Source: Blepharisma stoltei ATCC 30299
Lineage: Eukaryota > Protista > Ciliophora
NCBI GenBank assembly: GCA_965603825.1
Contig: CBFDEM010000058.1
Coordinates: 496,001 to 560,000, forward strand
DNA length: 64,000 nt
Direction of reading: 5' to 3'
The notes below the pieces were generated by a model that made no database searches, was not told where the DNA came from, and saw nothing but the letters and a program-made list of their open reading frames with translations. Position 1 is the first letter of the stretch; every line of letters starts with the position of its first letter. A program made the translations under genes and the position numbers. Shown here in pieces: positions 38,301 to 49,728 of this stretch.

Positions 38301-39605
38301 ATGACAATTTATCATCAATCTTTATTTGATGATTTGCATGAATGAAGCTATTGCTCAAGTTCTGATATTGTGACAGATAATATAATGTCTGCATGAACAG
38401 GAGAGAGTAAGCAAGAAATTTATTATACTAATTTGCTAGATGAAATACAAAATAGCATTAATACTGTATTTTTTACTTAGGCAAATCAACTAGTAATAAA
38501 AGCAGCAAAACCTGAAAATTTTGATGATGAAATGAGGTATTTAATTTCTAATGGGCTTGAAAATATATACCAGAGGACTAATTCGTCATTAGGAGAACTT
38601 GTTGACTGCGAAATGCAAAGGATTTCTGATAACTCTGATATTATCACTATTTTATTAGTTGTAGGATTATGCGTTTCAGGATTATGCACTATAGTGCTTA
38701 TTTATTATATTTTCTCCATTAGCAATAAGTATAACATTTTATGGAATTTTATCAAAAAAATCACTCATTTATCTTATTTTGAACTAAAAAGATGCTGCTT
38801 AGAACGACTTTGCTCAGTTCACGGAAATGATTATAATCAAGAAGAAGTGGATGCTGTATACCGAAATAAGCCACCAGAAGATAAACTCACATTTAAAGAA
38901 AATTTAAAATTTATTCTTCGACTTTGCATCTTTTTGCTTATAACAACGCTTTATTATATTTCAGTCCATGCTATATTATACGTTAAATGTGAAGAACTTT
39001 TAAGAGAAAGACCTAAGTTGCTAACTAATTATATTCGTAGAAGAGCTTTGGTGCCAAGAATTGACTTTTGAGCAAGGGAATCTGCTATATATGAAACTTC
39101 TATTGGATTGAAAACATTATTTTCTGAAAGGATTATTTTTAATAGCCCAGACACGAATTTGAACGAATCAATCAGCTTATTCAAAACAGCAAATGCCCAG
39201 CTGAGAGACTTCATGAACTATATGTCAAGCAGTCTTAAATCGAATCTTTATGAGCACTCTGAGCAAAGTCTTGAGTATGATTATGGAGCTGTATGAGTAA
39301 ATAATTTGCTAACTTTTGATTCATTTAGGTTAGAAAATATTGAAGGGGATAGGATGAAAGATATTATGGAATTAACTAGCCAATATGCGGTGATGCAGCA
39401 ATATATGAAAACCAATTTTGACATTATCAATAAATCTTCAGAAAATATGATTTCAGATGTATTGGACTATATTATTGACTTAGTTGTAGCATATACAATA
39501 ATGTCATTACTCTTGTATTTATTTTATTATTTGCCTTATCTTTCTGGGGAAATTAAAAGGCTCTATAAGCTTCAATTAATTATAGCAATTATTCCTAAAG
39601 CATAA
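35381..39605 (+). CDS. Multi-TM PAS-domain protein (TmcB-like), paralog B, ~1392 aa; introns 37986-38001 (16 nt), 38073-38087, 38466-38480
   Basis: Collinear with paralog A (HELFTSDICHSFAERNIRARAD, LLVAWEVNYC, RQVALTSENGYIYAHS, RPKLLTNYIRRRAL). The frame change near 38000 is resolved by a 16-nt intron. Confidence 0.85.
37986..38001 (+). other. 16-nt intron (paralog B, position 1)
   Basis: GTAATTACTATCTTAG; accounts exactly for the +1 frame change. Confidence 0.88.
38073..38087 (+). other. 15-nt intron (paralog B, position 2)
   Basis: GTAAAGCCTACATAG, in-frame TAG. Confidence 0.88.
38466..38480 (+). other. 15-nt intron (paralog B, position 3)
   Basis: GTATTTTTTACTTAG, in-frame TAG. Confidence 0.88.
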
Positions 39606-40076
39606 AGAGCATTTGTATAGATAAGTTATTAAAGGAAATGCTGATGTAAAAAATTGCGAAAATTATCTCATAATTTTTAATTATATTTTTTAATAAATTA
39701 AATCAAAATACTTTTGAACTAAAAATTATTAGTTAGTTAATACAATAGTTATAGAATCATAAATAAATGAAGATAGAACAGAGGTCATAGCACCAATAAG
39801 CCTAATTTTTATTTATTAAAGTTATGATGAAAGTTACCAAATCCTGGCAAGTCTTAAATGCCTATTTAAACAAACATTTCTTATTTGTTTTATAGTCTAT
39901 TATTTACTGCCTAAATATTTAAATTAGCTATATAATAGTTAAATCTTTATTTTGAATGCTTTAACACAATAATAAAACTTCAAAATTAATTTCTTGCCAT
40001 AATTTACTATATGTCTTATCAAATTAATAGATATATTTCACAATCTTAAAATTCATTAATTTGATTATAAATATAA

Positions 40077-43000
40077 ATGCTCGATGAAGACATAGACGCT
40101 GAAACTAGAAAATTGTTCTTCTCAAACAAAGCAAAATCATGAAAAAAATCAAAACTTTGCAAATTAAAAAATGTTCTTCTCGATAATCTTGGAATAGTAT
40201 TCAAACCTTTATATGACAATAAAACCAGACAGCGAAGCCAATATTTAGTTGAAATTATAATAAATACTATTAACTGCTTCCAAATTCTTTCATTTACTTG
40301 GTACCCTAATATGCCTATTTCAAACTGGAATCACAATTTTTTGGTTTGAAAAGTTTTAAGTTACTTTAGTATTGATAATATGTGCTCTGAGATGAGTGTT
40401 GTCAATGCTTGCTATTATGGAGCTTTATCATATTTAGGTCTATGCTTGCTAGGCTTTATAGCAGTTTGCGTTTTAAGCTATTTGAAAAGAAATATCCCTG
40501 ATTTTTTTATTTATTTAATATCAAACTCATGAAGCTTTTTTGCAACAATTGGATTTTTGCCATCATTTGTGCTATTTCTTTGTATATGGAAATACTCAAC
40601 ATTTTCTTACACAAATGGAACAGAATTCTCTCAAATGAATATAAACGATTGGAATTTTGGTACTCCGGGAGCAGTAATAAGTATAATTGGAGTATTAGTA
40701 TTAGCTAGTGGATCGCTAGTGTATGAATGATTTACTGCTGATATCTGTCATTATCATGCCACAAAAAATCTAATTTCGAAATCAAACTCTCACGGCGGAG
40801 TCAATATTTTATTTTTTAAAATGCTAATTGGCTTGATGTATTTATTTCTTGGATATCTTGATATTGTATGATATGAAACTTGTATAATCATAGTATGTGC
40901 TGCTCAAGGCTACTCAATGTTTAAAATAAACAGCTATTATAACCCCATAATGAATTCAATCAAGATTTCAAGATCTCTTACAACATGCCTGTGAACTCTA
41001 AGTTTCATACTAGGGCATTGACTAGATGACGCATATGTTATCATATTTTTAAACATTTGTTTTGTACCCACCATTTTTGCACTTTCTGTTTACATCTTGA
41101 GCCATAGATCGGAAGCTAAATTAAAGGATTTGGGGTCTCTTAAAAACCAATACGAGTTTGAACTACAATATAGGCATCTGCTTGTCAATAAGAATGAAAA
41201 AGACTGTGAAAAGGTATTAGACCTTTTTATTAAGGCGAATAAAATCTCAATGTTTGTGAAAGACAAATTAATGGTTGCCTGAGAAGTCAATTATTGCATT
41301 TGAAATATGAAAAACATAAGACTTGCGAAAATAAAGTTTGTGAAAATGAAAGAAACGAAAAGCAGCATTGAAGGAGATATTCAAGAATGAAGAATAATGA
41401 AAATTATGGATAAATATCAAGATAATTTATCAATATTTTCTTATCTGATTGAGCTAGATCGAGCTGTGAAAAAAGATGAAAAATTATGCAACTTACTAAT
41501 AATGATGTGGAATGAAATAATTGCTAAATCCCCCAAACTGGAAAGGCTAGAAAAATTGTCACACAAAATCCCAGGTGTAATCCTAAATACAAAAAAACAA
41601 TATGAAGTTTTAATTGATATGAAAAATTCTAACGTTCTAGAAAAATATGGAACTTTATTAAACAACATTCTCTGCGATTATGAGAAAGGAAACACAATTT
41701 TAACGAAAATGAAAATAGTCCAAAAAGCAGAAAAACATCACGCAGTTTATGACTGAGATAAAGGAAGTATACTAATTTCAGCAAATAGCAATGATTTTGG
41801 GAAAATAGTGATAATTAATGACAAAGCTGCAGAAATATTGAAAGACTCGAAATTTGATATAATTGGAAGTGATTTTACTGACTATGTTCCTCCTCCTTTT
41901 CAATACGGGCACGCAGAGGTTGCTAAAGCTTATATAGAAAACTGTAAATGTCCTGATGTTACAAAGCCTGCAAACTTGTGGGTTTTAGATTTAGAGGGGT
42001 TTATAAAAGAATGTGAACTCTCTATAAGCTTAACTACATATTTATCTCATATGTATTTTGTTGTATCAATAAATCTTCTTCTTTCAACAAGGCAAGTGGC
42101 CCTTATTTCTGAAGATGGGTGCATATATTGTCACAGCTATTTATTTCCATCATATATAGGAGTTCATCGAAGAATGGTGAAGCATGAATATATCCAAGAT
42201 CTCCTTCCAAGCTTAAATTTCCCTCATATAACTCCTTTTCAGCCGGTCTCATTGAATTTCTCAGGACATGAATTAATTGTGGTATATTGTACTGAAAAGA
42301 TAAAAGCACGAACTATTAATTTTATATTAGTTGTAAGAGATCAGAAAGAAATAACGTCATGAATGGAAGGAGAAGGTGTTCTTCAAAGTGAAACTATTAT
42401 TAATATAATGAATTCAAGCATCGCAAATGAAATTAACTTCCAACTACTAGCTGCTGAGAATGAAAAAGTAAAATTTTCTTTTGAGGATGACAATGAGCAG
42501 GCAGCGAACCAAACTGTAGAAGAATTGCTACCAACACATAGCGGAGATAAGAAATTAAAAGATGATAAGCCAATAGATAGTTCTTCTGCACAAAATAGCT
42601 CTTCTCAAGGCAATCAAAGTATTTTCTAATTAGATAGAGGAAAGGTAATTATAAATCAATTAGAGAGAACCTTGAAGCAATTCAAAATCATTTTAATTCT
42701 CACTGTATCTGATATTTAGATCGCTGCTATGGTTGCAATGAATATTGCAATTTTTATATACATTTATGATGCAGTTTCGCATTCTTTATCAGTAACTGTA
42801 TTTGATCATCTTGGAGTAATATTTTTCCGATTTATCTCTGTGGCAGGATATGCGAGGGTTGTTGATTACAGCATATTTATGAATTCAAGTATCGAAAAGA
42901 ACATAAACATCTTTAATCGGGCTACAAATGATTTAGATTCCATTGAAGATTCTATTTTATCTGACTATGAATGGTGGAGTTATTGCAAAGGTTCTGAAAT

Positions 43001-44252
43001 TGTCAATGAAAATTTATTAAATGTGTGAAATTTTGAGAATGAGCCAAAGCAAAATAAAATGAATTTAAATGACGCTACTAATTTATATTTGACAAATGTA
43101 GGCTCTATTTAGGCCAGATTATTTTCAAAGAATGCTGCAAATTCAGTAGACTATAAAAAGCAATTAATGTTTTTATTTGCAAATGGTTTAGGAGATATGG
43201 TTATGCAAACCAATTCATCATTATCTGATCTTGTGGATTGCGAAATCAACAGAATCAGCCAGATTTCAAATTCAATTGTCATTTACTTGTTTATAGGTAT
43301 TTCTATCCTCGGGCTCTGCGCGATTGGCTTAGCAGGAGGTATTTGGTTTATTAATAAAAAATATAATGATATCTGAAATTTTATCAGGACAATTACAAGT
43401 GCTTCATATTTTGACTTAAAAAGCACCTGTATAGATCGCCTTCTATTAGCTCATGGAGTTGATTATTTTTCAGAGTCTGATTTCCCAAAAAAGGCTTTTC
43501 AAGAGCCATTGAAGTTCAAAGTATATTGAAAATACCTCAAATGGCTATCTGTTTTCTTTGTGACTTCTACAATTTATTACATTATAGTCCATGCTTTTCT
43601 TTATTCACGATGTGAGTCACTCCTGAAAAATCGCCCTATAGAACTTACAAACTATATTCAGCGGCGAGTATCTTTGTCAAAAATAGAGCTTTGGTCCAGA
43701 GAAGTAGAATTGGAAAATACATCAATAAGCATCCAAAATTTATTTCCAACATCCTTTGACTTTAAAGACCCTTCTAAGGAGCGAGATGAGGCCTTAACTT
43801 TTTTGAAGTATACAAGCTGGGTTTTAGAAGTCAATATCCCTACTATGTATAAAAGTATGAAAGAGCTAGTTTTTGTTGATGGAAATTCTTCAACTTATTA
43901 TACCCAATATGGGAATTACGCAGCAATTAATATATTTGCATTTGATGGGTTAGCACTTCAATATAACACTGATTTGGAGTCCAATATGGTTTGAACAGAC
44001 AATTTGATATCGCTTAAAATATCATTGCAAAACAACTATCAAATTATAAACGAAAACTCCAAAAAGGTCATTACAGATGAGAGAAATCTAATTTCCTATT
44101 CAGTTGTCGTTTATTCGATTTTCACTGTTTTTTTGTATTTTTTATTCTATTTGCCGATATTATCAAGAGAAACAAAAAATTTAGAAAGATTCCAAACCAT
44201 TGTTTCACTTATACCAGATGCATCTAAAGCAAAAAGACGAAAAGATACTTAA
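40077..44252 (+). CDS. Multi-TM PAS-domain protein (TmcB-like), paralog C, ~1376 aa; introns 42619-42633, 42705-42719, 43098-43112
   Basis: ATG 40077 (MLDEDIDAE); first ~340 codons are absent from the track because of TGA. LMVAWEVNYC, YVPPPFQYGH, RQVALISEDGCIYCHS, RPIELTNYIQRR. Confidence 0.85.
42619..42633 (+). other. 15-nt intron (paralog C, position 1)
   Basis: GTATTTTCTAATTAG, in-frame TAA. Confidence 0.88.
42705..42719 (+). other. 15-nt intron (paralog C, position 2)
   Basis: GTATCTGATATTTAG, in-frame TAG. Confidence 0.88.
43098..43112 (+). other. 15-nt intron (paralog C, position 3)
   Basis: GTAGGCTCTATTTAG, in-frame TAG. Confidence 0.88.
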
Positions 44253-44397
44253 TTAATAAGCCTCACTAGAGAGCTGATTATGAATACTAATTTTATAATA
44301 AACAATTCTTTTGCTTTACATCTGGACTATAAACTCCCTTAAAGAGAATACCTAATTAGATTAATAAAAATTCCCATAATCTGTTTATTTAAGGCCA

Positions 44398-45693
44398 TTA
44401 TTCCTCTTTGAACTGGGAAAATGTGACTCCCACATTAATTTCTTTAGACAAATTCAAGATCTTTGAGATCCCTACAATTTTTTTGACAGCTTCTTCTTCA
44501 TCTTGTTCAGTGATTGCATCAATATCACTTCTCCTAATAATTTCTTTGGCTTCCTGCCAGTTTGTGCCACAGAGTCTTGCGACGATTGGCTTTGTTAAAT
44601 GAATTTTGTGAGCAGCTGAAACAAGTCCGTGGGCAATGATATCACATCTCATGATCCCTCCAAAGATATTGATTAAAATTCCATCAACTTGGTCGTTAGT
44701 TTGAAGGATCCTGAGTGCATTCACAATTTGGTCTTCTTGAGCTCCGCCGCCAACATCTAAGAAGTTTGCAGGGTTTCCACCAACCAATTTAATTAAATCC
44801 ATCGTGGCCATAGCCAATCCAGCTCCATTTACTAAGCAGCCAATATTACCATCCATTGCAATATAACTAAGCCCATGCTTTTGAGATTCAATTTCATTTT
44901 GATTTTCTTGTCTTAAGTCTCTTTGAGAATAAATCCCTTTCTGTCTGAACGACGCATTTTCGTCGAAATTCAGCTTTGCATCACAGACAAGAATCCTGTT
45001 ATCATCAGTTATTCCTAACGGGTTAATTTCAAGCTGAATCATGTCTAACTCTGCAAAGGACTTATAGAGGTTGCGAAGAATTTCTTCAAAGCTTCCTAGA
45101 AGTGCTTTTTCAATGCTGAGAGCAGCTGCAGCTTTTTCCACCACATCAGGAGTTATTCCTTTGTGAAGGTTTATAGCGATATTGTGGATTTCGTGCGGCT
45201 CCTTTGCAGCGACTTCTTCTATATCCATTCCTCCTTTTGGAGAAGCTACAAGTACAGGACCACCAAATTTTCTGTCTAATAAAATTGCTAGATAAAGTTC
45301 TTTTTTCAAAGACAGTTTTTCAGCTATCATCACTTGATCGCATGGCTTGCCCTTAGCACCAGTTTGCTTGGTTACTAGAGTTTGCCCAATCATTTTTGAA
45401 GCAATTTCTCTGACATTATCTACAGGGCATACGTGGACTCCTCCTTTGAACTGACTAGGGATGAAATGCCCTTTTCCTCTCCCACCTGCTAATACTTGAG
45501 CTTTTACAACCACTTCTGGGATTCCAAGTTTTTGGGCTTGCGAAACAGCTTCGTCTGGGGTTACTGCGACGAGAGAAATAGGAGTGGGGACTTTATACTT
45601 GTTTAATACTTGAATACTCTGATATTCATGAAGATTATAGTTTCTAGACATAATCTTCTGAAGGGAAGGTGCTCTTAATAGCCTCGAAAACAT
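44398..45693 (-). CDS. Succinyl-CoA ligase beta subunit, mitochondrial
   Basis: LHEYQS, VVKAQVLAGGRGKG, GGMDIEEVA, EINPL, DAKLNFD, GNIGCLVNGAGLAMATMD, PANFLDVGGGA, NIFGGIMRCD. ADP/GDP specificity not determined. Confidence 0.96.
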   Translation of the reverse strand: MFSRLLRAPSLQKIMSRNYNLHEYQSIQVLNKYKVPTPISLVAVTPDEAVSQAQKLGIPEVVVKAQVLAGGRGKGHFIPSQFKGGVHVCPVDNVREIASKMIGQTLVTKQTGAKGKPCDQVMIAEKLSLKKELYLAILLDRKFGGPVLVASPKGGMDIEEVAAKEPHEIHNIAINLHKGITPDVVEKAAAALSIEKALLGSFEEILRNLYKSFAELDMIQLEINPLGITDDNRILVCDAKLNFDENASFRQKGIYSQRDLRQENQNEIESQKHGLSYIAMDGNIGCLVNGAGLAMATMDLIKLVGGNPANFLDVGGGAQEDQIVNALRILQTNDQVDGILINIFGGIMRCDIIAHGLVSAAHKIHLTKPIVARLCGTNWQEAKEIIRRSDIDAITEQDEEEAVKKIVGISKILNLSKEINVGVTFSQFKEE

Positions 45694-46262
45694 ATTTAAT
45701 TATTCAAATTTCGCAGAGATAAAATAATTTGTGTAAATGACTGAACAGAGAGGTAATGAATTCTCATAATTTTATTATCAGTGGATTGCTCTTTCATTTT
45801 GAGGATTGCCAAAGAAGGAAATTTGATATTTTTGCTAGGAATGTATAAATAATATCAAATTGCCTGCTATCAAACAGCGGTAGATTCTCCAAATAACTAT
45901 CAGACGAGAGCAGAATTTCAAATTGAAAATTTTGGCTTCGATTTTACAAAAACTCAACTTAGTAATTTCATTGGTCCGAACAAAAATTTTAAAACGAACC
46001 ATTATAATATGTCATTAGTCAAAATCTTATTTGTAAATATCATAATTCCGGTAACTCATAATTAAGAGTTGGGCAAATAAATGTTGCGTTTAGGCAAATC
46101 CAATTAAACTTGCTCATTGATGATATCGAAATTATCAATATTTATTCTTCTGTATGTGGGTGTGCACTATTAATTTTTCTGTTTAATTGTTTTTTATGAA
46201 TAGAATTTAATATTAATCAGTACCTTTATAAATAAAATCCTTATGGTTAACCTATCCTCTCT

Positions 46263-47282
46263 TTATTGGGATGATTCTTTTAGCTGTTCTAAAAATGGTT
46301 TGATGATCCCTTCCAACTTATCAGCCATCTTATAATAAACTGTGTCTTTTTTGTTATAATTTCTGCAATTCTTGAACATCTTTTCCACATCTTCCACAAA
46401 CTTTGCTACATCATAATGTCCCCTGTCGACGTTTTCTTTCATCGTTTTCAAATCCATTGGTTCTTTAATGATTTCATAATAATCAGGAGCTACATCACTC
46501 CCTACAGGCTCCCTAAAGGGCCAAGAAGAGTTATCAGCTAGCATTTGATCAATAATAAAATGAAAGCAGCTTGCTTTGGCGTCTTTTTCTTCTTCCTGAT
46601 AAGAAACTTCTTGATTCGGGTCATAGTTGACTTCTTTTAGTCCAGGGACTTCTTCATAAGTGCAACTTCCATTGTCAATTAAGCTTTGGCATGGCTCTCT
46701 TACAACCTGGTATAATGAAATTTTTGCAATTTGTTCTTTTACATATTCCAGCTGCTCTCTAATATCATGATTTATTATTGTATAGTCGATATCTACATCT
46801 AGTTTGCAAACCATAAGTGTCCCTCCGTCATAATCTTTTATGTATCCTTTTCATATAGATTCTGGCAAAACTGGCTCTACTTCAGTCGTGAAGCCTTGCT
46901 TTTTGAAATATCCCAGAGCAAAATTGTCAGCATAAGTTAAAAAGTATCTGATCCCTTCTTTCATTACGTAATTTTTCAGGTTATTCATAAGCTGCGTTCC
47001 ATATCCTTTTACTTGTTCAGAAAAAGTTACTGCGAGAAAGGCGATTTCAGAGAAAACTTGCCTTTCAAAATATCTGAAACAAACCCCGCCAATAATCAGA
47101 TCACCCTTAAAAGCGACCATGCTTTTATGATTCCTATCAAGAACAAGCCTTACAATGTATTCGCCAGGCATTTTAGGTAGCTGCTTTCTGAAAATGTTTT
47201 TGAGCTTAATAAGTGAAATGAGATGCTCTGGAACACCATCATTTGTGATGATTTTGTAGTGAAGAGGCTGGTCTGCTTCCAT
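46263..47282 (-). CDS. GCN5: Histone acetyltransferase GCN5 (HAT + bromodomain), ~339 aa
   Basis: KQLPKMP.EYIVRLVLDRNH, EIAFLAV..EQVKGYGT, TYADNFA.GYFKKQGF, W(TGA)KGYIKDYDGGTLM; bromodomain WPF.EPV..APDYYEIIKEPMDL..NC..YN. Confidence 0.95.
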
Positions 47283-47306
47283 TTAGATTATAAATTTCAG
47301 TAAATC

Positions 47307-48650
47307 TTAATTAAAATTATAAAATATCTTTAAAGTCCCTTGAGAACTGATTGTAAAAATCACTTCTTTGACTTCGTTTAGTTTAAATTTTGAGTTTGCT
47401 AATGATACAACTCTTTTAGGAGAGAACATTGAGAACTCCGCTACTTTTTGGCTTCTTGGTCCGAAAGCTTCAAAATTATTGTTTTTTTCTGGGTCTTTTT
47501 CAGAGTTCTCACCAAGAGTTTTCCATATGAAAAATTTCCCCTTTTCTGAGCCACATATAATGCGATCAAAATCTGAAGAAAAGCTGGCAGAAATTGGAAA
47601 TTTGGAGTTTGAAGTTCCTTTATATTTTTGGATTAAGTTGCTCGTTTTGTATTGGAAAAGTCTGAGTCTTGAGTCATTTGTGGTTATGAGAAGTAAATCA
47701 TTATTAGTGAATTCAAGCCCTGTGACTTTTTTGCCGAAACATTTGAAGCCAGAGCGATTTCGGGATTTCAGAATTGAATGGAAACGTAAGCGTAAATCGG
47801 AGTTTGGACTTTGATAAAGCATCACTTTTCCATGGGATAGGCCAGCAACGAGAAAATCACCTAGTGGTGAATATTTAATTACATAAATATCGCTTGCAAC
47901 CTTATAGTTGGCTTCGACCTGTCCGGATGTAATATTGAAAATTCTTATGATACGATCTTCAGCTGCAGTTGCAAAGTATCCTGAAATAGTTGGATGAAAA
48001 CATACAGAATGAACAGGGCACGGATGCTGATATGTAAAAATCGGATTTTCGCTTTTGTTCCATAATCTTACAGTGCAATCCAGTGAAGCTGATATTAAAA
48101 GGCCTGCTTGATTCCAGCTGAGATCAGTCACTTTATCTGTGTGGTGAGTCAAAATCTGAGTTGGGGTTGATTTTAAAATCTCGCTTTCATTTATCATGAG
48201 ATTTGTGTCATATATTGAAATGATACCAGAATTTCCAGTTACAGCTAGATGTTTTGAGCTTTCACTGAATTTCATAATCCAAGCCTCGTTTTTAGAGTTT
48301 CGCACTACATTTAACTCTTGCGCTAAGTGTAAATTTGAAAAACTGATGTCTTCTATTATTTCTGATTTCAGTCTCAATGGGAAATCATGGACATCAACTC
48401 CACTTTTAAGTGAAAAAGATTTTTGTACTGATCTGATTGATGTACGATCAGAACTCAGACCAAGATTTTCATGCATTGATCCCGAGTCTCTATAGTCTGA
48501 AATTGACGTAATAGATTTTACGAAAGGGAATCTTATAGTTTCTCGAGGATAAGGGCCTATTGATGCCTTTTCTAATTCCAAGGGCGATTCAAAAGCATCA
48601 AAAAATTCTTCTTTTTCTCCTCCATCACAATGATCGTCTGATGCTATCAT
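47307..48650 (-). CDS. WD40-repeat protein (WDR44-like)
   Basis: HTDKVTDLSW, ISASLDCTVRLW, VCFHP, LLITTNDSRLRL, KYKG..NSKFPISASFS..IICGSE..FIW. Confidence 0.85.
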   Translation of the reverse strand: MIASDDHCDGGEKEEFFDAFESPLELEKASIGPYPRETIRFPFVKSITSISDYRDSGSMHENLGLSSDRTSIRSVQKSFSLKSGVDVHDFPLRLKSEIIEDISFSNLHLAQELNVVRNSKNEAWIMKFSESSKHLAVTGNSGIISIYDTNLMINESEILKSTPTQILTHHTDKVTDLSWNQAGLLISASLDCTVRLWNKSENPIFTYQHPCPVHSVCFHPTISGYFATAAEDRIIRIFNITSGQVEANYKVASDIYVIKYSPLGDFLVAGLSHGKVMLYQSPNSDLRLRFHSILKSRNRSGFKCFGKKVTGLEFTNNDLLLITTNDSRLRLFQYKTSNLIQKYKGTSNSKFPISASFSSDFDRIICGSEKGKFFIWKTLGENSEKDPEKNNNFEAFGPRSQKVAEFSMFSPKRVVSLANSKFKLNEVKEVIFTISSQGTLKIFYNFN

Positions 48651-49728
48651 AAACTTATGTGAGATTTATTTTAATGAAACTGTAAGAGTAGTGATAAATA
48701 ATCAAATTTCTTAATAAGCAAACCTTTGCTTAATTAGCATATAAAAAATGAATTCATTTGCAATAAAGGCTCATTGGGGCATCATGCTGACCCTTTAATA
48801 TCCTGAAAAAGGAATAATCTTCTTTTCTTTAGGGAAAGAGCTAAGGGTTAAATTCAAAGCATCAATCATTACAATTTTACCAAAACTCAAACAATATATA
48901 AGCATGATTTATTATATACATAAGATTGTAGGTGTGTTATAGGATAATAGATATCTATAGACTAGGAAGGAGTATTTGGCAGTTTAAGTGAATGTGAGAG
49001 CTTCTACTAACGATCAAGGAAGCTCCAAGATGTTTAGCTAGCTCAATTTCTATTGGATGTCTCTTTGATGATTGATTAGAAATATCCATTTATTATTAGA
49101 ATAGGAAAACCAGGCCAATTTTTGATTCCATTTTAGCTTAGGTATATGTAATAAATTCAAGCCAGACAAAATTAATAAACTGCACTTTTTAAAACTGGAA
49201 ACAATATTTAATTTAGCTTTCGTTTAAGTTCCATAAGATATTATGCACAATAATTACTCATAAGCATAATAATTAGTTTTACAAATGTTGCACAAATGTC
49301 GATCCATTATTAACTAAATAAAATAAGCGATTGAAAAGAAGAAAAAATATTATGCGAGTTTATGAATATCTCTCCATAGAATTGTATTTTAATTCCTAGC
49401 ACTATCCATTATAATTTCAAGATAAATTATTTGAAAATCCTATTATTGTAAAAATATTGAAATAAAAATAATAAGCCGATCTTCTTAGTTTAATTGAAAA
49501 TTTGTATATAAGTTACAAAAAAAATAAATGGCTTCTAGATATTTGTCCTAGCCCAGAATTCTCTAAACAAGAGAAAGCTCACTTACCCACAAAACATTTT
49601 AATCCACAAAATATTTTTATATTACAATTTTCTCACATTTAATATAATTGAAGTCCCATTAAATCCCTAATTCTGTAATCGTTTTTATAAGACCATAATC
49701 AATACTGATTGAAATCCATTTTGTGATA

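Larger units (their letters stand above)
29963..44252 (+). repeat. Tandem gene triplication (three diverged TmcB-like paralogs)
   Basis: Three head-to-tail ~4.2-kb genes with collinear motifs and three shared intron positions. Confidence 0.9.

Noticed and set aside
48998-49025. Hairpin GAGCTTC/GAAGCTC enclosing TACTAAC (yeast branch-point consensus)
   Set aside because: Single short stem in a spacer; introns here do not use TACTAAC and no snRNA features were recognised.
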